Counted from the stretch's first letter, positions 29,669-39,717 are shown. The stretch is 64,000 nucleotides of DNA from a candidate division WOR-3 bacterium (GCA_039804105.1 JBDRZU010000001.1:224001-288000), one strand, 5' to 3'. Notes: generated from the letters alone by a model not told the origin. Translations and numbers: made by a program.

Positions 29669-31237
29669 ATGGAAGATAAAAAATTCAATTCATCTGGAAT
29701 CGAGTTGAAAGTTTTCTATGATAAAAATGATTTGAAGGATGATCCAAAACTTGGTAAACCTGGAGAGTATCCTTTTACAAGAGGTGTATACTCAACGATG
29801 TATCGTGGAAAACCATGGACGATGAGACAGTATGCTGGTTTTGGAACAGCAGAGGAAACTAACGAAAGATTCAAATATCTTTTGAAAAATGGTCAAACAG
29901 GACTTTCTGTTGCTTTTGATCTCCCAACACAACTTGGGCTCGACTCTGATGATCCACTTTCATCAGGAGAAGTTGGAAAAGTTGGTGTTGCGATTTCAAC
30001 AGTTGATGATATGATGGTTCTTTTTGATGGAATTCCTCTTGATCAGGTCTCCACTTCGATGACTATCAATGCTTCATCAATGATTATCCTTGCGATGTAT
30101 ATCATAGTCGCAAAAAAACAGGGAGTTAGTATGGACAAACTCTCTGGAACTATACAGAACGATATTTTAAAAGAGTATACCGCAAGGGGAAACTATATTT
30201 TTCCACCAGAACCTTCAATGAGATTAACAGCAGATATTTTTGAATTCTGTTCAAAAAATCTTCCAAAATGGAACACAATTTCTATCTCTGGTTATCATAT
30301 CAGAGAAGCTGGATCAACAGCGGTTCAGGAACTTGCTTTCACTTTTGCTGATGCTATCGCCTATGTTGAATACGCTTTGAAAAAAGGACTTGATGTTGAT
30401 TCTTTCGCTCCAAGGTTATCCTTCTTTTTCAACGCACACAACAATTTCTTTGAAGAGATCGCAAAATTCAGAGCAGCAAGAAGGATATGGGCAAAAATAA
30501 TGAAAGAAAAGTTTAAAGCAAAAGATCCAAAAAGTATGATGCTCAGATTCCATACTCAAACAGCAGGTTCAATGTTAACAGCCCAGCAACCTATGAACAA
30601 TATTGTAAGAGTTGCTCTTCAGGCATTATCAGCAGTATTAGGCGGCACACAATCTTTACACACAAACTCCTATGATGAAGCGCTTGCTCTTCCAACCGAA
30701 GAATCAGTTAGAATAGCACTCAGAACCCAACAGATCATTGCTTATGAAACAGGGGTTTGTGATGTTGTTGATCCACTTGGAGGAAGTTATTACATTGAAA
30801 CATTAACCGATGAGATAGAAAAACTTGTCTGGGAATATCTTGATAAGATTGAAAAGATGGGTGGTGCTGTAAGATGTGTTGAAACTGGATACTTCAAAAA
30901 TGAAATTCATAATTCTTCATACAAATTCCAGAAAGAGGTTGAATCAGGTGAAAAGATTATAGTTGGATTAAATAAGTTTAAAATTGAAGAAAATATCAAA
31001 TCAAATCTTATGAAGATTGATGAAAGTGTTGAGTTGAAAAGGAAAGAGATTTTAAAAGAATTCAGAAAGAACAGAGATAACGAAAAAGTGAAAAAAATTC
31101 TTGAGAAGATTTCACAGGTGTGTGATACGAATGAAAATCTTTTCCCTTATGTGATTGAAGCAGTTGAGAACAAAGCGACTATGGGGGAAATTATAAATGT
31201 AATGAAAAATAAGTGGGGGTTATTCGATAATGATTAA
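29669..31237 (+). CDS. Methylmalonyl-CoA mutase, substrate-binding large subunit (no B12 domain)
   Basis: [40 protein letters not shown]. Confidence 0.92.
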   Translation: MEDKKFNSSGIELKVFYDKNDLKDDPKLGKPGEYPFTRGVYSTMYRGKPWTMRQYAGFGTAEETNERFKYLLKNGQTGLSVAFDLPTQLGLDSDDPLSSGEVGKVGVAISTVDDMMVLFDGIPLDQVSTSMTINASSMIILAMYIIVAKKQGVSMDKLSGTIQNDILKEYTARGNYIFPPEPSMRLTADIFEFCSKNLPKWNTISISGYHIREAGSTAVQELAFTFADAIAYVEYALKKGLDVDSFAPRLSFFFNAHNNFFEEIAKFRAARRIWAKIMKEKFKAKDPKSMMLRFHTQTAGSMLTAQQPMNNIVRVALQALSAVLGGTQSLHTNSYDEALALPTEESVRIALRTQQIIAYETGVCDVVDPLGGSYYIETLTDEIEKLVWEYLDKIEKMGGAVRCVETGYFKNEIHNSSYKFQKEVESGEKIIVGLNKFKIEENIKSNLMKIDESVELKRKEILKEFRKNRDNEKVKKILEKISQVCDTNENLFPYVIEAVENKATMGEIINVMKNKWGLFDND

Positions 31238-31649
31238 AAAATTTAACCACATTTCGATTGCTGTTTCAAATCTTGAAAAGAGCAAAAAAATTTTTGAAGA
31301 GATTTTCAATAAAAAATGTGATATGGAAGTTGATGTTCCAGATCAAAAAGTAAAAGTTGCCATGTTTGATATCGGTGGAGTCCTTTTTGAAATAATTCAG
31401 CCATTAGATATGGAATCTTCAATAGCACAGTTTGTTGATAACAGAGGAAACGCCTTACACCATATCGCTTTTTCAGTTGATGATATACAGAAAACAATCG
31501 AAGATTTTATAGCAAAAGGTTATAGAATGATCGATCAGAAACCAAGAATAGGAGCTGAAGGACATCCGATTGCATTTATGCATCCAAAATCTTCAGATGG
31601 GATTTTAATAGAATTTGTTGAAGAAAAAGAGGAGAAGAAAAATGAGTAA
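31230..31649 (+). CDS. mce: Methylmalonyl-CoA epimerase
   Basis: VOC fold, NHISIAV, LHHIAF, AFMHPK..GILIE; follows the mutase. Confidence 0.9.
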   Translation: MIKKFNHISIAVSNLEKSKKIFEEIFNKKCDMEVDVPDQKVKVAMFDIGGVLFEIIQPLDMESSIAQFVDNRGNALHHIAFSVDDIQKTIEDFIAKGYRMIDQKPRIGAEGHPIAFMHPKSSDGILIEFVEEKEEKKNE

Positions 31650-32544
31650 ATTTAAAATTTTTGAGGAAAAGTTAAAAGAAAGAAAAATAAAAGCAAGAGT
31701 TGCTGTTGTGAACGCAACGATCGAGTCAGCGATAGATGCTGCTGTTGAAGCGGCGAACAAAGGTTTTGCTTATCCAATTCTTATTGGGCAAAAACAAAAA
31801 ATAGAGGAATTGCTTAAAAAGGTCAACTTCAACGGGGAGTATGAAATTGTTGATTCACCAAATGAAGTTGAATCAGCAAAAATAGCGGTCAACCTTGTGA
31901 AAGAAGGAAAAGCGGATGTTATATTAAAAGGTTCAATAACAACATCAAATTTTATGAGACCAATTTTAAGTAAAGAAAATGGAATAGTAAAACCAGGGTC
32001 TCTCGTTTCTCATGTTTCAGTTTTTTCTATTGAAACATATCATAAGTTTTTGATAGTGACTGATGTTGCAATAAACATTGCTCCAACACTTGAAGAAAAG
32101 GTTAAGATAATAAAAAATGCGATAGAACTTGCAAGAAATCTTGATATAAAACAACCAAAAGTTGCAATTCTTGCTGCTGCTGAAACTGTTAATTTAAAGA
32201 TGCAATCATCTGTTGATGCAGCAATAATCTCCAAAATGGGAGATAGAGGTGATTTTGGGGATGCAATTGTTGAAGGCCCGATGGCACTCGATCTTGCGGT
32301 CTCAAAAGAAGCATGTGAAGAAAAGAATTTCCACAGCCCTGTCGGTGCAGATGCTGATATAGTGGTTGCACCTGAAATCGATGCAGGAAATGTTCTGTAT
32401 AAATCTTTAACAAAACTTGCAAAAGCTGATCTTGCAGCAATTTTGGTCGGAACTATGGCTCCTGTTGTTTTAACATCGAGGGGAGACACAGCTGAAATCA
32501 AATACTGGTCTTTGGTGCTTGCGCTTATGATGCTTAAAAAATAG
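31642..32544 (+). CDS. ptb: Phosphate butyryl/acyl transferase
   Basis: ILKG, TDVAINIAP, EGPMALDLA, AGNVLYK, PVVLTSR. Confidence 0.88.
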   Translation: MSKFKIFEEKLKERKIKARVAVVNATIESAIDAAVEAANKGFAYPILIGQKQKIEELLKKVNFNGEYEIVDSPNEVESAKIAVNLVKEGKADVILKGSITTSNFMRPILSKENGIVKPGSLVSHVSVFSIETYHKFLIVTDVAINIAPTLEEKVKIIKNAIELARNLDIKQPKVAILAAAETVNLKMQSSVDAAIISKMGDRGDFGDAIVEGPMALDLAVSKEACEEKNFHSPVGADADIVVAPEIDAGNVLYKSLTKLAKADLAAILVGTMAPVVLTSRGDTAEIKYWSLVLALMMLKK

Positions 32545-32552
32545 GAGAGAAA

Positions 32553-32984
32553 TTGAAAATCTCTATAGGAAGTGATCATAGAGGATTCAAAGTAAAAGAA
32601 GAGATAAAAAAGTGCACTGAGTTTGAGTTTATTGATAGAGGGACATTTTCTGAAGAGAGTGTCGATTATCCTGACTATGTGAAAGCGGTTGCACAGGATG
32701 TTCTTGAAAAGAGAGTTGATTTTGGAATTTTAATCTGTTATTCGGGAATCGGAATGTCAATTGCAGCAAACAAAATAAAGGGAATAAGGGCTGCCTATGT
32801 TATAGATCAAGAATTTGCATCACTTGCAAGAAAACATAATGATGCAAACATACTTGTACTTGGTGCAAAGGTTATTGAAGGCAAAGATCTTTGTAAAATA
32901 GTAAAAGTTTTTGCTGAAGAAAAGTTTGAAGGTGGAAGACACCAAAAAAGGTTGGATAAAATTTGCTCTTTTGAAAATAATTGA
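32553..32984 (+). CDS. rpiB: Ribose-5-phosphate isomerase B
   Basis: GSDHRG, SVDYPD, ANKIKGIRAA, HNDAN, FEGGRH. Confidence 0.93.
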   Translation: MKISIGSDHRGFKVKEEIKKCTEFEFIDRGTFSEESVDYPDYVKAVAQDVLEKRVDFGILICYSGIGMSIAANKIKGIRAAYVIDQEFASLARKHNDANILVLGAKVIEGKDLCKIVKVFAEEKFEGGRHQKRLDKICSFENN

Positions 32985-33008
32985 CATTAAAAAAAAAAGA
33001 ATTAAAAT
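32981..33008 (+). promoter_or_regulatory. sigma70-like promoter TTGACA-N16-TAAAAT (tRNA-Ala operon)
   Basis: 13 nt upstream of tRNA 5' end. Confidence 0.7.
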
Positions 33009-33021
33009 AAAAAATTAGTAT

Positions 33022-33094
33022 GGGGCTATAGCGCAGTTGGGAGCGCGTTTGACTGGCAGTCAAAAGGTCACGGGTTCGACTCCCGTTAGCTCCA
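33022..33094 (+). tRNA. tRNA-Ala(GGC), CCA not encoded
   Basis: cloverleaf; acceptor GGGGCTA/TAGCTCC with G3:U70; anticodon arm TTTGA-CTGGCAG-TCAAA; GGTTCGACTC T-loop. Confidence 0.97.
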
Positions 33095-33118
33095 TTTTAA
33101 CATCAGGAGGTTAGTTAA

Positions 33119-33568
33119 ATGAAAAAGTTAGTTTTTCTAACATTGATTTTTTTGTTAACGATTATGGTTATAACTTCATGTTCAAAAACTAAGGGCTCAT
33201 TTATGGATTTTGCTGCGATCAAAGATGCACAGAGAACTATGACAAAATTGACAAACCTTATGGAACAATATTATGTTGAACATGAATCATATCCATCAAC
33301 ACAACAGGAGTTTGAAGAAAAACTGAGACCATATTTTATTGTTAAAAATGCAGAAGGACAGGATGTCGATAAATGGCCAGAGATGGTTGAACATGTTTTT
33401 GCTGATAAAACGATCTTCTATCAGACCACCGATCCAAAGAAAACATATTTTGCTTACGGTAGGGCAAAAGACTCAAACAAAACTGTCGTTTTCTGTAGAC
33501 CACCAATTCAACATATAGATACAACGAAAGTTGTTGATAAAACAAAAACAAAAACAAAAAACAAATGA
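33119..33568 (+). CDS. Lipoprotein with pilin/pseudopilin-like globular segment
   Basis: lipobox ITSC; DAQRTMTKLTNLMEQYYVEHESYP resembles pilin alpha1-C. Confidence 0.5.
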   Translation: MKKLVFLTLIFLLTIMVITSCSKTKGSFMDFAAIKDAQRTMTKLTNLMEQYYVEHESYPSTQQEFEEKLRPYFIVKNAEGQDVDKWPEMVEHVFADKTIFYQTTDPKKTYFAYGRAKDSNKTVVFCRPPIQHIDTTKVVDKTKTKTKNK

Positions 33569-33577
33569 GGTGCTCAA

Positions 33578-34738
33578 ATGAAAAAAGTTTTGTTCATATT
33601 TCTTGCAATTTTTATCCTGATATTTGGTTGTCAGGCAACAACACAGACATCTAATAAAACAACGCAACAAAATCAACAGGTTTCAAATGCGATAAAATAT
33701 TTTGATTTTGGAAAAGAATATTTAAAAAATAAGATATACGATTCAGCGATCAAAAATTTTCAAAAATCTATAGAAGAGAGTTTAGATTTTATAGAAGCAT
33801 ACAATGGACTTGGAAAAAGTTTTGAAGGAAAGATGGATTATACAAGAGCAGAATCGCTATACAATTTTATGATGACAAAATTCCCATCCAATCCTGAAGG
33901 TTTTGTAAATATGGGAAATCTGTATATAAAACTAAAAAAATATAACGATGCAGAAAAATTTTTCTTTGATGCTTTGAAAATCGATTCAACGAGTTCAAAG
34001 GCCTATTATGGACTTGCTCAACTTTATGAAAATATTTCTCCATCCAAAAAAGAGTTTAATAAACTCTCATGCTATGAAAAAGCGTGTAATTTCGATCCAG
34101 AAAATTTAGCAGCCGCTTATGCTTATGCAAAAGCTTTGATAAAAGTTGAGCAGTATCAAAAGGCAGTGGATCTTCTGAAAAAGATTTCTGATAACCATCC
34201 GACATTTGTAGAACCTCTTTCAAACCTTGCTGAAGCATATCTTGAGACAAAGCAGTATCAAAAGGCAATAGAAACATACAACAAAGTCAATCAACTCGAT
34301 TCAACTATAGTTAACACTTATCTTGGTCTTGCAAGAGCTTATCAGGGGCTTAAGGATTATTCATCAGCAGAGAAAAATTATAACAAGATGATAACCTTGA
34401 TGCCTTATTCAACAGTGCCATATCTTTATTTAGGTCAGATGTATATGGAGATAAAGGACTATGATAAAGCGATCAATTATCTTGATAAAGCACTTGCAAA
34501 AAGTCCAAATGATGCTAACGCGTTGTTATTGATAGCGCAGGCATACTTTTTGAAAGTTGATCCAGTAAAAGCAAAGAAGAGTGATGAAAATTATCAGGAA
34601 GCACTTAAAATACTTGAAAAGTCAGCATCATATTTCAACAAGATAATTGAGATGAAAGGTAAATATGTAAAAGAAGCACAAACAGGTCTTGAAAATATAG
34701 AAAAAAGGAAAAAGGAGATAGACCCAACAAGGTGGTAA
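33578..34738 (+). CDS. TPR-repeat lipoprotein
   Basis: lipobox IFGC; many 34-aa TPR units. Confidence 0.85.
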   Translation: MKKVLFIFLAIFILIFGCQATTQTSNKTTQQNQQVSNAIKYFDFGKEYLKNKIYDSAIKNFQKSIEESLDFIEAYNGLGKSFEGKMDYTRAESLYNFMMTKFPSNPEGFVNMGNLYIKLKKYNDAEKFFFDALKIDSTSSKAYYGLAQLYENISPSKKEFNKLSCYEKACNFDPENLAAAYAYAKALIKVEQYQKAVDLLKKISDNHPTFVEPLSNLAEAYLETKQYQKAIETYNKVNQLDSTIVNTYLGLARAYQGLKDYSSAEKNYNKMITLMPYSTVPYLYLGQMYMEIKDYDKAINYLDKALAKSPNDANALLLIAQAYFLKVDPVKAKKSDENYQEALKILEKSASYFNKIIEMKGKYVKEAQTGLENIEKRKKEIDPTRW

Positions 34739-34739
34739 A

Positions 34740-35099
34740 ATGGTTGATAAAATCATTGGGTTTATAAAACTTGGAATTTTTTTACTCATCCTTGTTCTTC
34801 TTGGTTATATGGGTTGGCAATACCTTTCGATGGAAATCAAAAATTACCAGTTGGTTGAACAGATAAACAAAATCTTGTATGGTGAAATCAGAAGTGATGA
34901 GTATATCGTAAAAGATAAGGTTATGGAAAAACTTTCAGAAAAAGGTATAAATCTTACCTATGATGATATAATTGTAACTAAACAAGGTAATGTATCATGC
35001 AATGTTCAATTCTCTTATGTTGATTCCATAACCATTCCAGTTATCAACAAATCTTTCTATTTTAATAAGGAGATAAATACAACTGTTACACCTCAATAA
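34740..35099 (+). CDS. Small single-pass membrane protein (DUF4845/pilin-like)
   Basis: N-terminal TM helix, then helix plus beta-strands. Confidence 0.5.
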   Translation: MVDKIIGFIKLGIFLLILVLLGYMGWQYLSMEIKNYQLVEQINKILYGEIRSDEYIVKDKVMEKLSEKGINLTYDDIIVTKQGNVSCNVQFSYVDSITIPVINKSFYFNKEINTTVTPQ

Positions 35100-36447
35100 G
35101 AAAATTTTATTTTTCTTATTCTGTTTAAATTTTATAACCCTGCTTTATTCAAATGAAAGCAGGGTTTTTTTTAGTGGTAACAATTTTGTATCAAATGAAA
35201 TAATAGATTCGATTTTTAAAGATCAAGGCCTAAAACAGGGAATTGAAGAAATATTGAATCTCTATTTGAACAGTGGATATCCTTTCATAACAATAGAAAT
35301 AGATTCTGTTTTGAATTATGGTAATTTTGATATCTTTTATTTAACAATAAAGGAGAATGGGAAATTTTTTATTGAAAGAGTGGAAAATGTTTACAATGTA
35401 AAAAGTTCATATCTGAATGGAATTTTAAGACTGAAAAATAAAGTTTTCAAAGAGAGTTATATAGTTGAAAAATTAAAAAATCTTTCAAATAATCAAGATT
35501 TACTAATAGACACAACCTTTTATGTAGAAAAAATTACTGATAGTTCTGTAATTATCAAAACAAAAATAGAGCAGGGGAAACTATCTTCAATTTCAGGAAT
35601 TTTGACATCATCGATCGATTCATTCAACTTGAACGGATTTTTAAACATATTTTTAAAGAGTCCTTTTGGCTATTTTGATATTTACTCAATCGACTATCAA
35701 AGAATAAACAAAAATAACACTTATCTTTCTGCAAATTTTGAATTTCCTTATATTTTTTCAACTCCTTTGGGTTTTTTTGGTAATATTAATTTTGAATCAA
35801 TAGAAACCTTTTATACTAAACAAGAGTATAATGCTGGTATAAAAGTTTTTATTACAGAAAGGTTTTCTGCTTTAACAGGTTATGGAAAAAGGAGTATTAA
35901 TTATATTGCAACCGATTCTTTTGATATTGTTGAAAATTCTTTGATTGGAGGATTAGATTATTTTTCAAAGAACTTTTTCTTTTCGAATAAATCAACCATC
36001 AATTATACTGATTTGAAAAACAGTTGGGCTTATATGATTCCAAAAATTGGATATAAAAACAATATAAAAATTTTTGGATATTGGTTCTATTTTGATTCTT
36101 ATTTGAATTTTGCTTCAAATTTAAAAGATTACATGAAAGTCCAGATTGGTGGAAATAAAAATATAAAAGGTTATCCTGAGAATTTTTTAAAGGTATTTAA
36201 TTTCTTTTATCAGGAAGTAAAAATTGGGTATTCTGGAAAAAATTTTGAGACGGGGATATTTTTTGATAATATTTTTTACAACATTGAACAGTTAAAAAAT
36301 TATAGGTCCTTTAAAAATCTATTCTCTTATGGATTATTTTTGACTGCGAATATTTCAAATTACAAAACATCCCTCTATTATGCATTGAATAAGGATTTAA
36401 CACCATTGGAGGGGAGAGTGCATCTTTTGTTTTCTATCTATTTCTGA
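35083..36447 (+). CDS. Omp85/TamA-like outer-membrane protein (POTRA + barrel); probable CTG start
   Basis: frame open from 35077; AAGGAG at 35067; signal peptide; FSGN and LYLNSGYPF POTRA-like; IGGNKNIKGY loop; terminal YF. Start position uncertain. Confidence 0.65.
   Translation: MLHLNKKILFFLFCLNFITLLYSNESRVFFSGNNFVSNEIIDSIFKDQGLKQGIEEILNLYLNSGYPFITIEIDSVLNYGNFDIFYLTIKENGKFFIERVENVYNVKSSYLNGILRLKNKVFKESYIVEKLKNLSNNQDLLIDTTFYVEKITDSSVIIKTKIEQGKLSSISGILTSSIDSFNLNGFLNIFLKSPFGYFDIYSIDYQRINKNNTYLSANFEFPYIFSTPLGFFGNINFESIETFYTKQEYNAGIKVFITERFSALTGYGKRSINYIATDSFDIVENSLIGGLDYFSKNFFFSNKSTINYTDLKNSWAYMIPKIGYKNNIKIFGYWFYFDSYLNFASNLKDYMKVQIGGNKNIKGYPENFLKVFNFFYQEVKIGYSGKNFETGIFFDNIFYNIEQLKNYRSFKNLFSYGLFLTANISNYKTSLYYALNKDLTPLEGRVHLLFSIYF
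35136..35172 (+). terminator. Intrinsic terminator inside the 5' coding region of the TamA-like gene
   Basis: 11-bp perfect stem AACCCTGCTTT/AAAGCAGGGTT, T8 run at 35165-35172. Confidence 0.75.
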
Positions 36448-36952
36448 TGTATATATTTTTTATCTCTCCAACATACAATCTATGAAAATCTTTTTTTGGA
36501 TAGTTATCAAGGAGACTTTTATTTAAAAAGTTCTTTTCTTTAAGATCATTAAAATAAAGTTTTTCACAGACAATTCCTATTTTCATCTGCTCATAAAAAA
36601 TAATATTTTCTTTTAGAAAAATTGGTTTTAATCCTGTTTCTTTAATTTTGTCGTGTTCTCTTCCTGAATATTTCCCACAAAAACTCAATACTTTTTTATC
36701 TTTTTTGTAGAAAGAAGAAAGTGTAAAATAATTATTTTTTTCAACAAATTGATAGGTATACCGTGTTGGTCTGATAAAAATAAATGCTACTGGCTTATTC
36801 CATAATATTCCAAAACAACCCCATGATGCCGTCATACAGTTGAATTTTTCCTTGTTTCCAGCAGTGATTAAGACCCACTCATCATCCCAAAGTTTAAAAA
36901 TGTTGTTCTTAAACTCTTTTGGATCTATTTTTTTAAATTTTTCATTGAACAT
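36434..36952 (-). CDS. Flavin reductase-like protein
   Basis: LITAG...NCMTASWG, FIRPTRYT, CGKYSGR..DK, HRLYVGEI. Confidence 0.88.
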   Translation of the reverse strand: MFNEKFKKIDPKEFKNNIFKLWDDEWVLITAGNKEKFNCMTASWGCFGILWNKPVAFIFIRPTRYTYQFVEKNNYFTLSSFYKKDKKVLSFCGKYSGREHDKIKETGLKPIFLKENIIFYEQMKIGIVCEKLYFNDLKEKNFLNKSLLDNYPKKDFHRLYVGEIKNIYIRNR

Positions 36953-36969
36953 GCAAACTCCTTTTTTTC

Positions 36970-36997
36970 ATTATATTCTCTAAATTTCAAAGGTCAA
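36970..36997 (-). promoter_or_regulatory. sigma70-like promoter TTGACC-N16-TATAAT
   Basis: upstream of flavin reductase RBS. Confidence 0.6.
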
Positions 36998-37170
36998 CAA
37001 GGAGATTTATTAGTTAAATATGAAATTTTAAAGTTTTTCAGAGTTTAAAGAAGCGGAGAAAGTGTAGTAAAAGGAATGCTAATTTTAATATGGTAAATTT
37101 TAAAAATAGTTTAAAAATTCACTAAAAGTAAAAAGTTTAATAAGCGTATAAGTATTTTTGTTTAAACAAT

Positions 37171-37208
37171 TTACAAAAAAATGTCAAAAAGTCAAGCACC
37201 GTCCCCAA
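37171..37208 (+). repeat. Dispersed repeat copy 1 (TTACAAAAAAATGTCAAAAAGTCAAGCACCGTCCCCAA)
   Basis: identical 38 bp to 39680-39717. Confidence 0.95.
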
Positions 37209-37220
37209 AAAAATTTCATA

Positions 37221-37248
37221 TTGAAAATTTTCATTGAAATTATAAAAT
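37221..37248 (+). promoter_or_regulatory. sigma70-like promoter TTGAAA-N16-TAAAAT
   Basis: between repeat copy 1 and the GGAGG RBS of the LVIVD gene. Confidence 0.55.
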
Positions 37249-37267
37249 AAAAAAAATGGGAGGTTAA

Positions 37268-39436
37268 ATGAAAATCAAACTTTTATTATCATTTTTTATT
37301 TTAATAATGCTTTCTATGTTTTTAAATGCAGACACACAAATATATGAAAATCAATTTATAAAAAAACAACAAGGAAAAGATATTTTTCCATATAAGTGGG
37401 CAACTGATAGTTTAAATGTTAATGGTATTGGATATTTACCTTCATTTCGTGAAACGAATAAGATAAAATTGATTGGTTCTCTTGCTTATGTTTGTTCTTA
37501 TACTCACTTAATAATTGTTGATGTATCTAATACTCATAAACCACAACTTTTAGGTTATTTTGAGTTTGACAATGTAGCAATAAGTTTAGATGTTTCTGGA
37601 GGATATGCATATATAGCAGATCTTATGGGTGGACTTAAAATTGTTGATGTAAGTACTCCTGAAAACCCAACTTTGGTTGCCACTTATGATTCTTTAAATC
37701 AGGTCAATAGTGTTTGTGTTGCTAATGATTATGCTTATGTCTTAGATTATTACAATGGACTTACAATTTTAACAGTTTCTGATCCTGCAATGCCGAAAAA
37801 AGTTGGAAGTTGTTCTTTAGTTAATAGTTGTTATGATATAACAGTAAATGATGGTATCGCATATATCGCAGCCGGTCAAAATGGATTAAGAGTAGTAGAT
37901 GTTTCTGATCCTTCAAAACCTGTTGAAATAGGTTTTTTGGATACACCAAATTATGCTTTCTCAGTAAAATACTATAACAAGAATGTTTACATAGCAGATG
38001 GTAATTCTGGTTTAAGAATAATTGATGTTTCAAATCCAAAAAATCCTTCAGAGATAGGATATTACGATACTTCAGATTACGCCAGAGATGTTTTCTTTTA
38101 TGATAATTTAGTTTTTATAGCAGACTACGCTGGACTTTCAATTATTGATGCAACAGATCCATCTTTTCCTATAGAAATGAGTTATCTACTTACTGATGGT
38201 TTTATGGTTGGGGTTTTTGTTCAAAACAATTATGCTTATGTATGTGATGGATTACTCGGTGTGAAATTTGTTAATGTTTCCGATCCCAAAAAACCTTTTG
38301 TGGAAGGGTATTTTGACACTCCGGATTACTCTTACATTATTTCTATAAATGGTAATTTTGCATTCACCAATGAATTTAATTTTTTGAAAGTTTTATCAAT
38401 ATCAAATCCCACCAACATAAGAGAAATAAATTATTTTGAAACTAATGATGAAATATATGGTATTTATGTTTCCAATGGATATGCTTTTTTAGCAAATTCA
38501 AGAGAAGGTTTACGAATTCTGGATATTTCAGATGTCACAAATATAACCGAAATTGGACACTATGATACTCCAGGATATGCTGGAGATGTTTTTGTTTCTG
38601 GAAATTACGCTTATGTTGCTGATGACACTTCGGGATTAAGGATAATCGATATAACAAGTTTAACAGACCCAATAGAGGTTGGGAGTTTTGATACTCCTGG
38701 CTATGCTTATAGAGTTTATGTTTCTGGTAACTATGCCTATGTTGCAGATATGACTCAGGGATTAAGAATTATTGATGTTTCAGATCCCAATTATCCAGTT
38801 GAAGTAGGATATTATAAACCTTCAGGTGATGTTCTTGGTGTATGGGTAAAAGATGACTATGCTTATGTTACTGCTTATGAATATGGTTTAAAAATAGTTG
38901 ATATAAGTGATCCTTCAAATCCTGTTGAAATTGGTTCTATTGACACACCGGGAGAAGCACAATATGTTAAAGTTTATGGAAACTTTGCTTTTGTTGCAGA
39001 TGGAGATTATGGATTGAGGGTGATTGATATATCAGATCCTACAAAACCTGTAGAAGTTGGTTATTATGTAACATCTGGACAAGTAATAAATTTTGATTTT
39101 TCAAATTATAATTTTTATCTTTTAGATTATTTTACAGGGATATACTCGGTCAATTTTATAAGTGCGGGGCTTGGTTTTGATAGAGACAAATCAAATAAAA
39201 ATATTGATGATACATCAAAATTAAAAGTAAATAAGAGTTTTATTTCATATATGTGTTCTACAGGTGAAAACAAATTTTCTGTTTATGATATAACAGGTAA
39301 ACTGATATACGATTCATCGAATCAGAGAATAGGGGAGCATATTTATTCAACAAAGGGTTTAAAATCAGGGGTATATTTTATAAAATTTAAAGATGGTCAT
39401 AGCGAGATAGATAGGAAGATGGTTGTTATCAGATGA
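37268..39436 (+). CDS. Secreted LVIVD-repeat protein with T9SS-type C-terminal domain
   Basis: signal peptide; about 13 ~42-aa repeats (VSGNYAYVAD...GLRIIDVSDP..P.EVG); VYDITGK...SGVYFIK...KMVVIR tail. Confidence 0.9.
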   Translation: MKIKLLLSFFILIMLSMFLNADTQIYENQFIKKQQGKDIFPYKWATDSLNVNGIGYLPSFRETNKIKLIGSLAYVCSYTHLIIVDVSNTHKPQLLGYFEFDNVAISLDVSGGYAYIADLMGGLKIVDVSTPENPTLVATYDSLNQVNSVCVANDYAYVLDYYNGLTILTVSDPAMPKKVGSCSLVNSCYDITVNDGIAYIAAGQNGLRVVDVSDPSKPVEIGFLDTPNYAFSVKYYNKNVYIADGNSGLRIIDVSNPKNPSEIGYYDTSDYARDVFFYDNLVFIADYAGLSIIDATDPSFPIEMSYLLTDGFMVGVFVQNNYAYVCDGLLGVKFVNVSDPKKPFVEGYFDTPDYSYIISINGNFAFTNEFNFLKVLSISNPTNIREINYFETNDEIYGIYVSNGYAFLANSREGLRILDISDVTNITEIGHYDTPGYAGDVFVSGNYAYVADDTSGLRIIDITSLTDPIEVGSFDTPGYAYRVYVSGNYAYVADMTQGLRIIDVSDPNYPVEVGYYKPSGDVLGVWVKDDYAYVTAYEYGLKIVDISDPSNPVEIGSIDTPGEAQYVKVYGNFAFVADGDYGLRVIDISDPTKPVEVGYYVTSGQVINFDFSNYNFYLLDYFTGIYSVNFISAGLGFDRDKSNKNIDDTSKLKVNKSFISYMCSTGENKFSVYDITGKLIYDSSNQRIGEHIYSTKGLKSGVYFIKFKDGHSEIDRKMVVIR

Positions 39437-39456
39437 TAAATGTACTTCAGGAATAG

Positions 39457-39494
39457 AAAACAAAAAGGGGTGTTTTTCACCCTTTTTTTGTTTT
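39457..39494 (+). terminator. Intrinsic (bidirectional-looking) terminator after the LVIVD gene
   Basis: AAAACAAAAAGGGGTG-TTTTT-CACCCTTTTTTTGTTTT. Confidence 0.8.
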
Positions 39495-39679
39495 ATAAAA
39501 AATATTGTTAAAAATAAAAGTTTTAGAAAATAAATGTTGGAGAATCAAATCAAAATATGACAATCAAAAATAAATGAAAAAAACATTATTTTTGAGTTAA
39601 ATTTTACCAAAAAATAAAAATAAAAAAATATAAAAATAGAAAGGACTAATATCTTAATAACTATTATTTTTAAAATAAC

Positions 39680-39717
39680 TTACAAAAAAATGTCAAAAAG
39701 TCAAGCACCGTCCCCAA
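39680..39717 (+). repeat. Dispersed repeat copy 2
   Basis: identical to copy 1. Confidence 0.95.

Noticed and set aside
32040..32579. 179-aa antisense ORF and other short shadow ORFs in the track
   Set aside because: They lie opposite or within well-supported genes and show no motifs
33541..33565. (ACAAAA)n microsatellite
   Set aside because: Only about three units, encoding a TK-rich tail
37500..39100. DNA-level tandem repeats or DGR target in the LVIVD gene
   Set aside because: Repeats are diverged protein repeats of ~126 bp; no reverse transcriptase or adenine-specific template/variable pair seen
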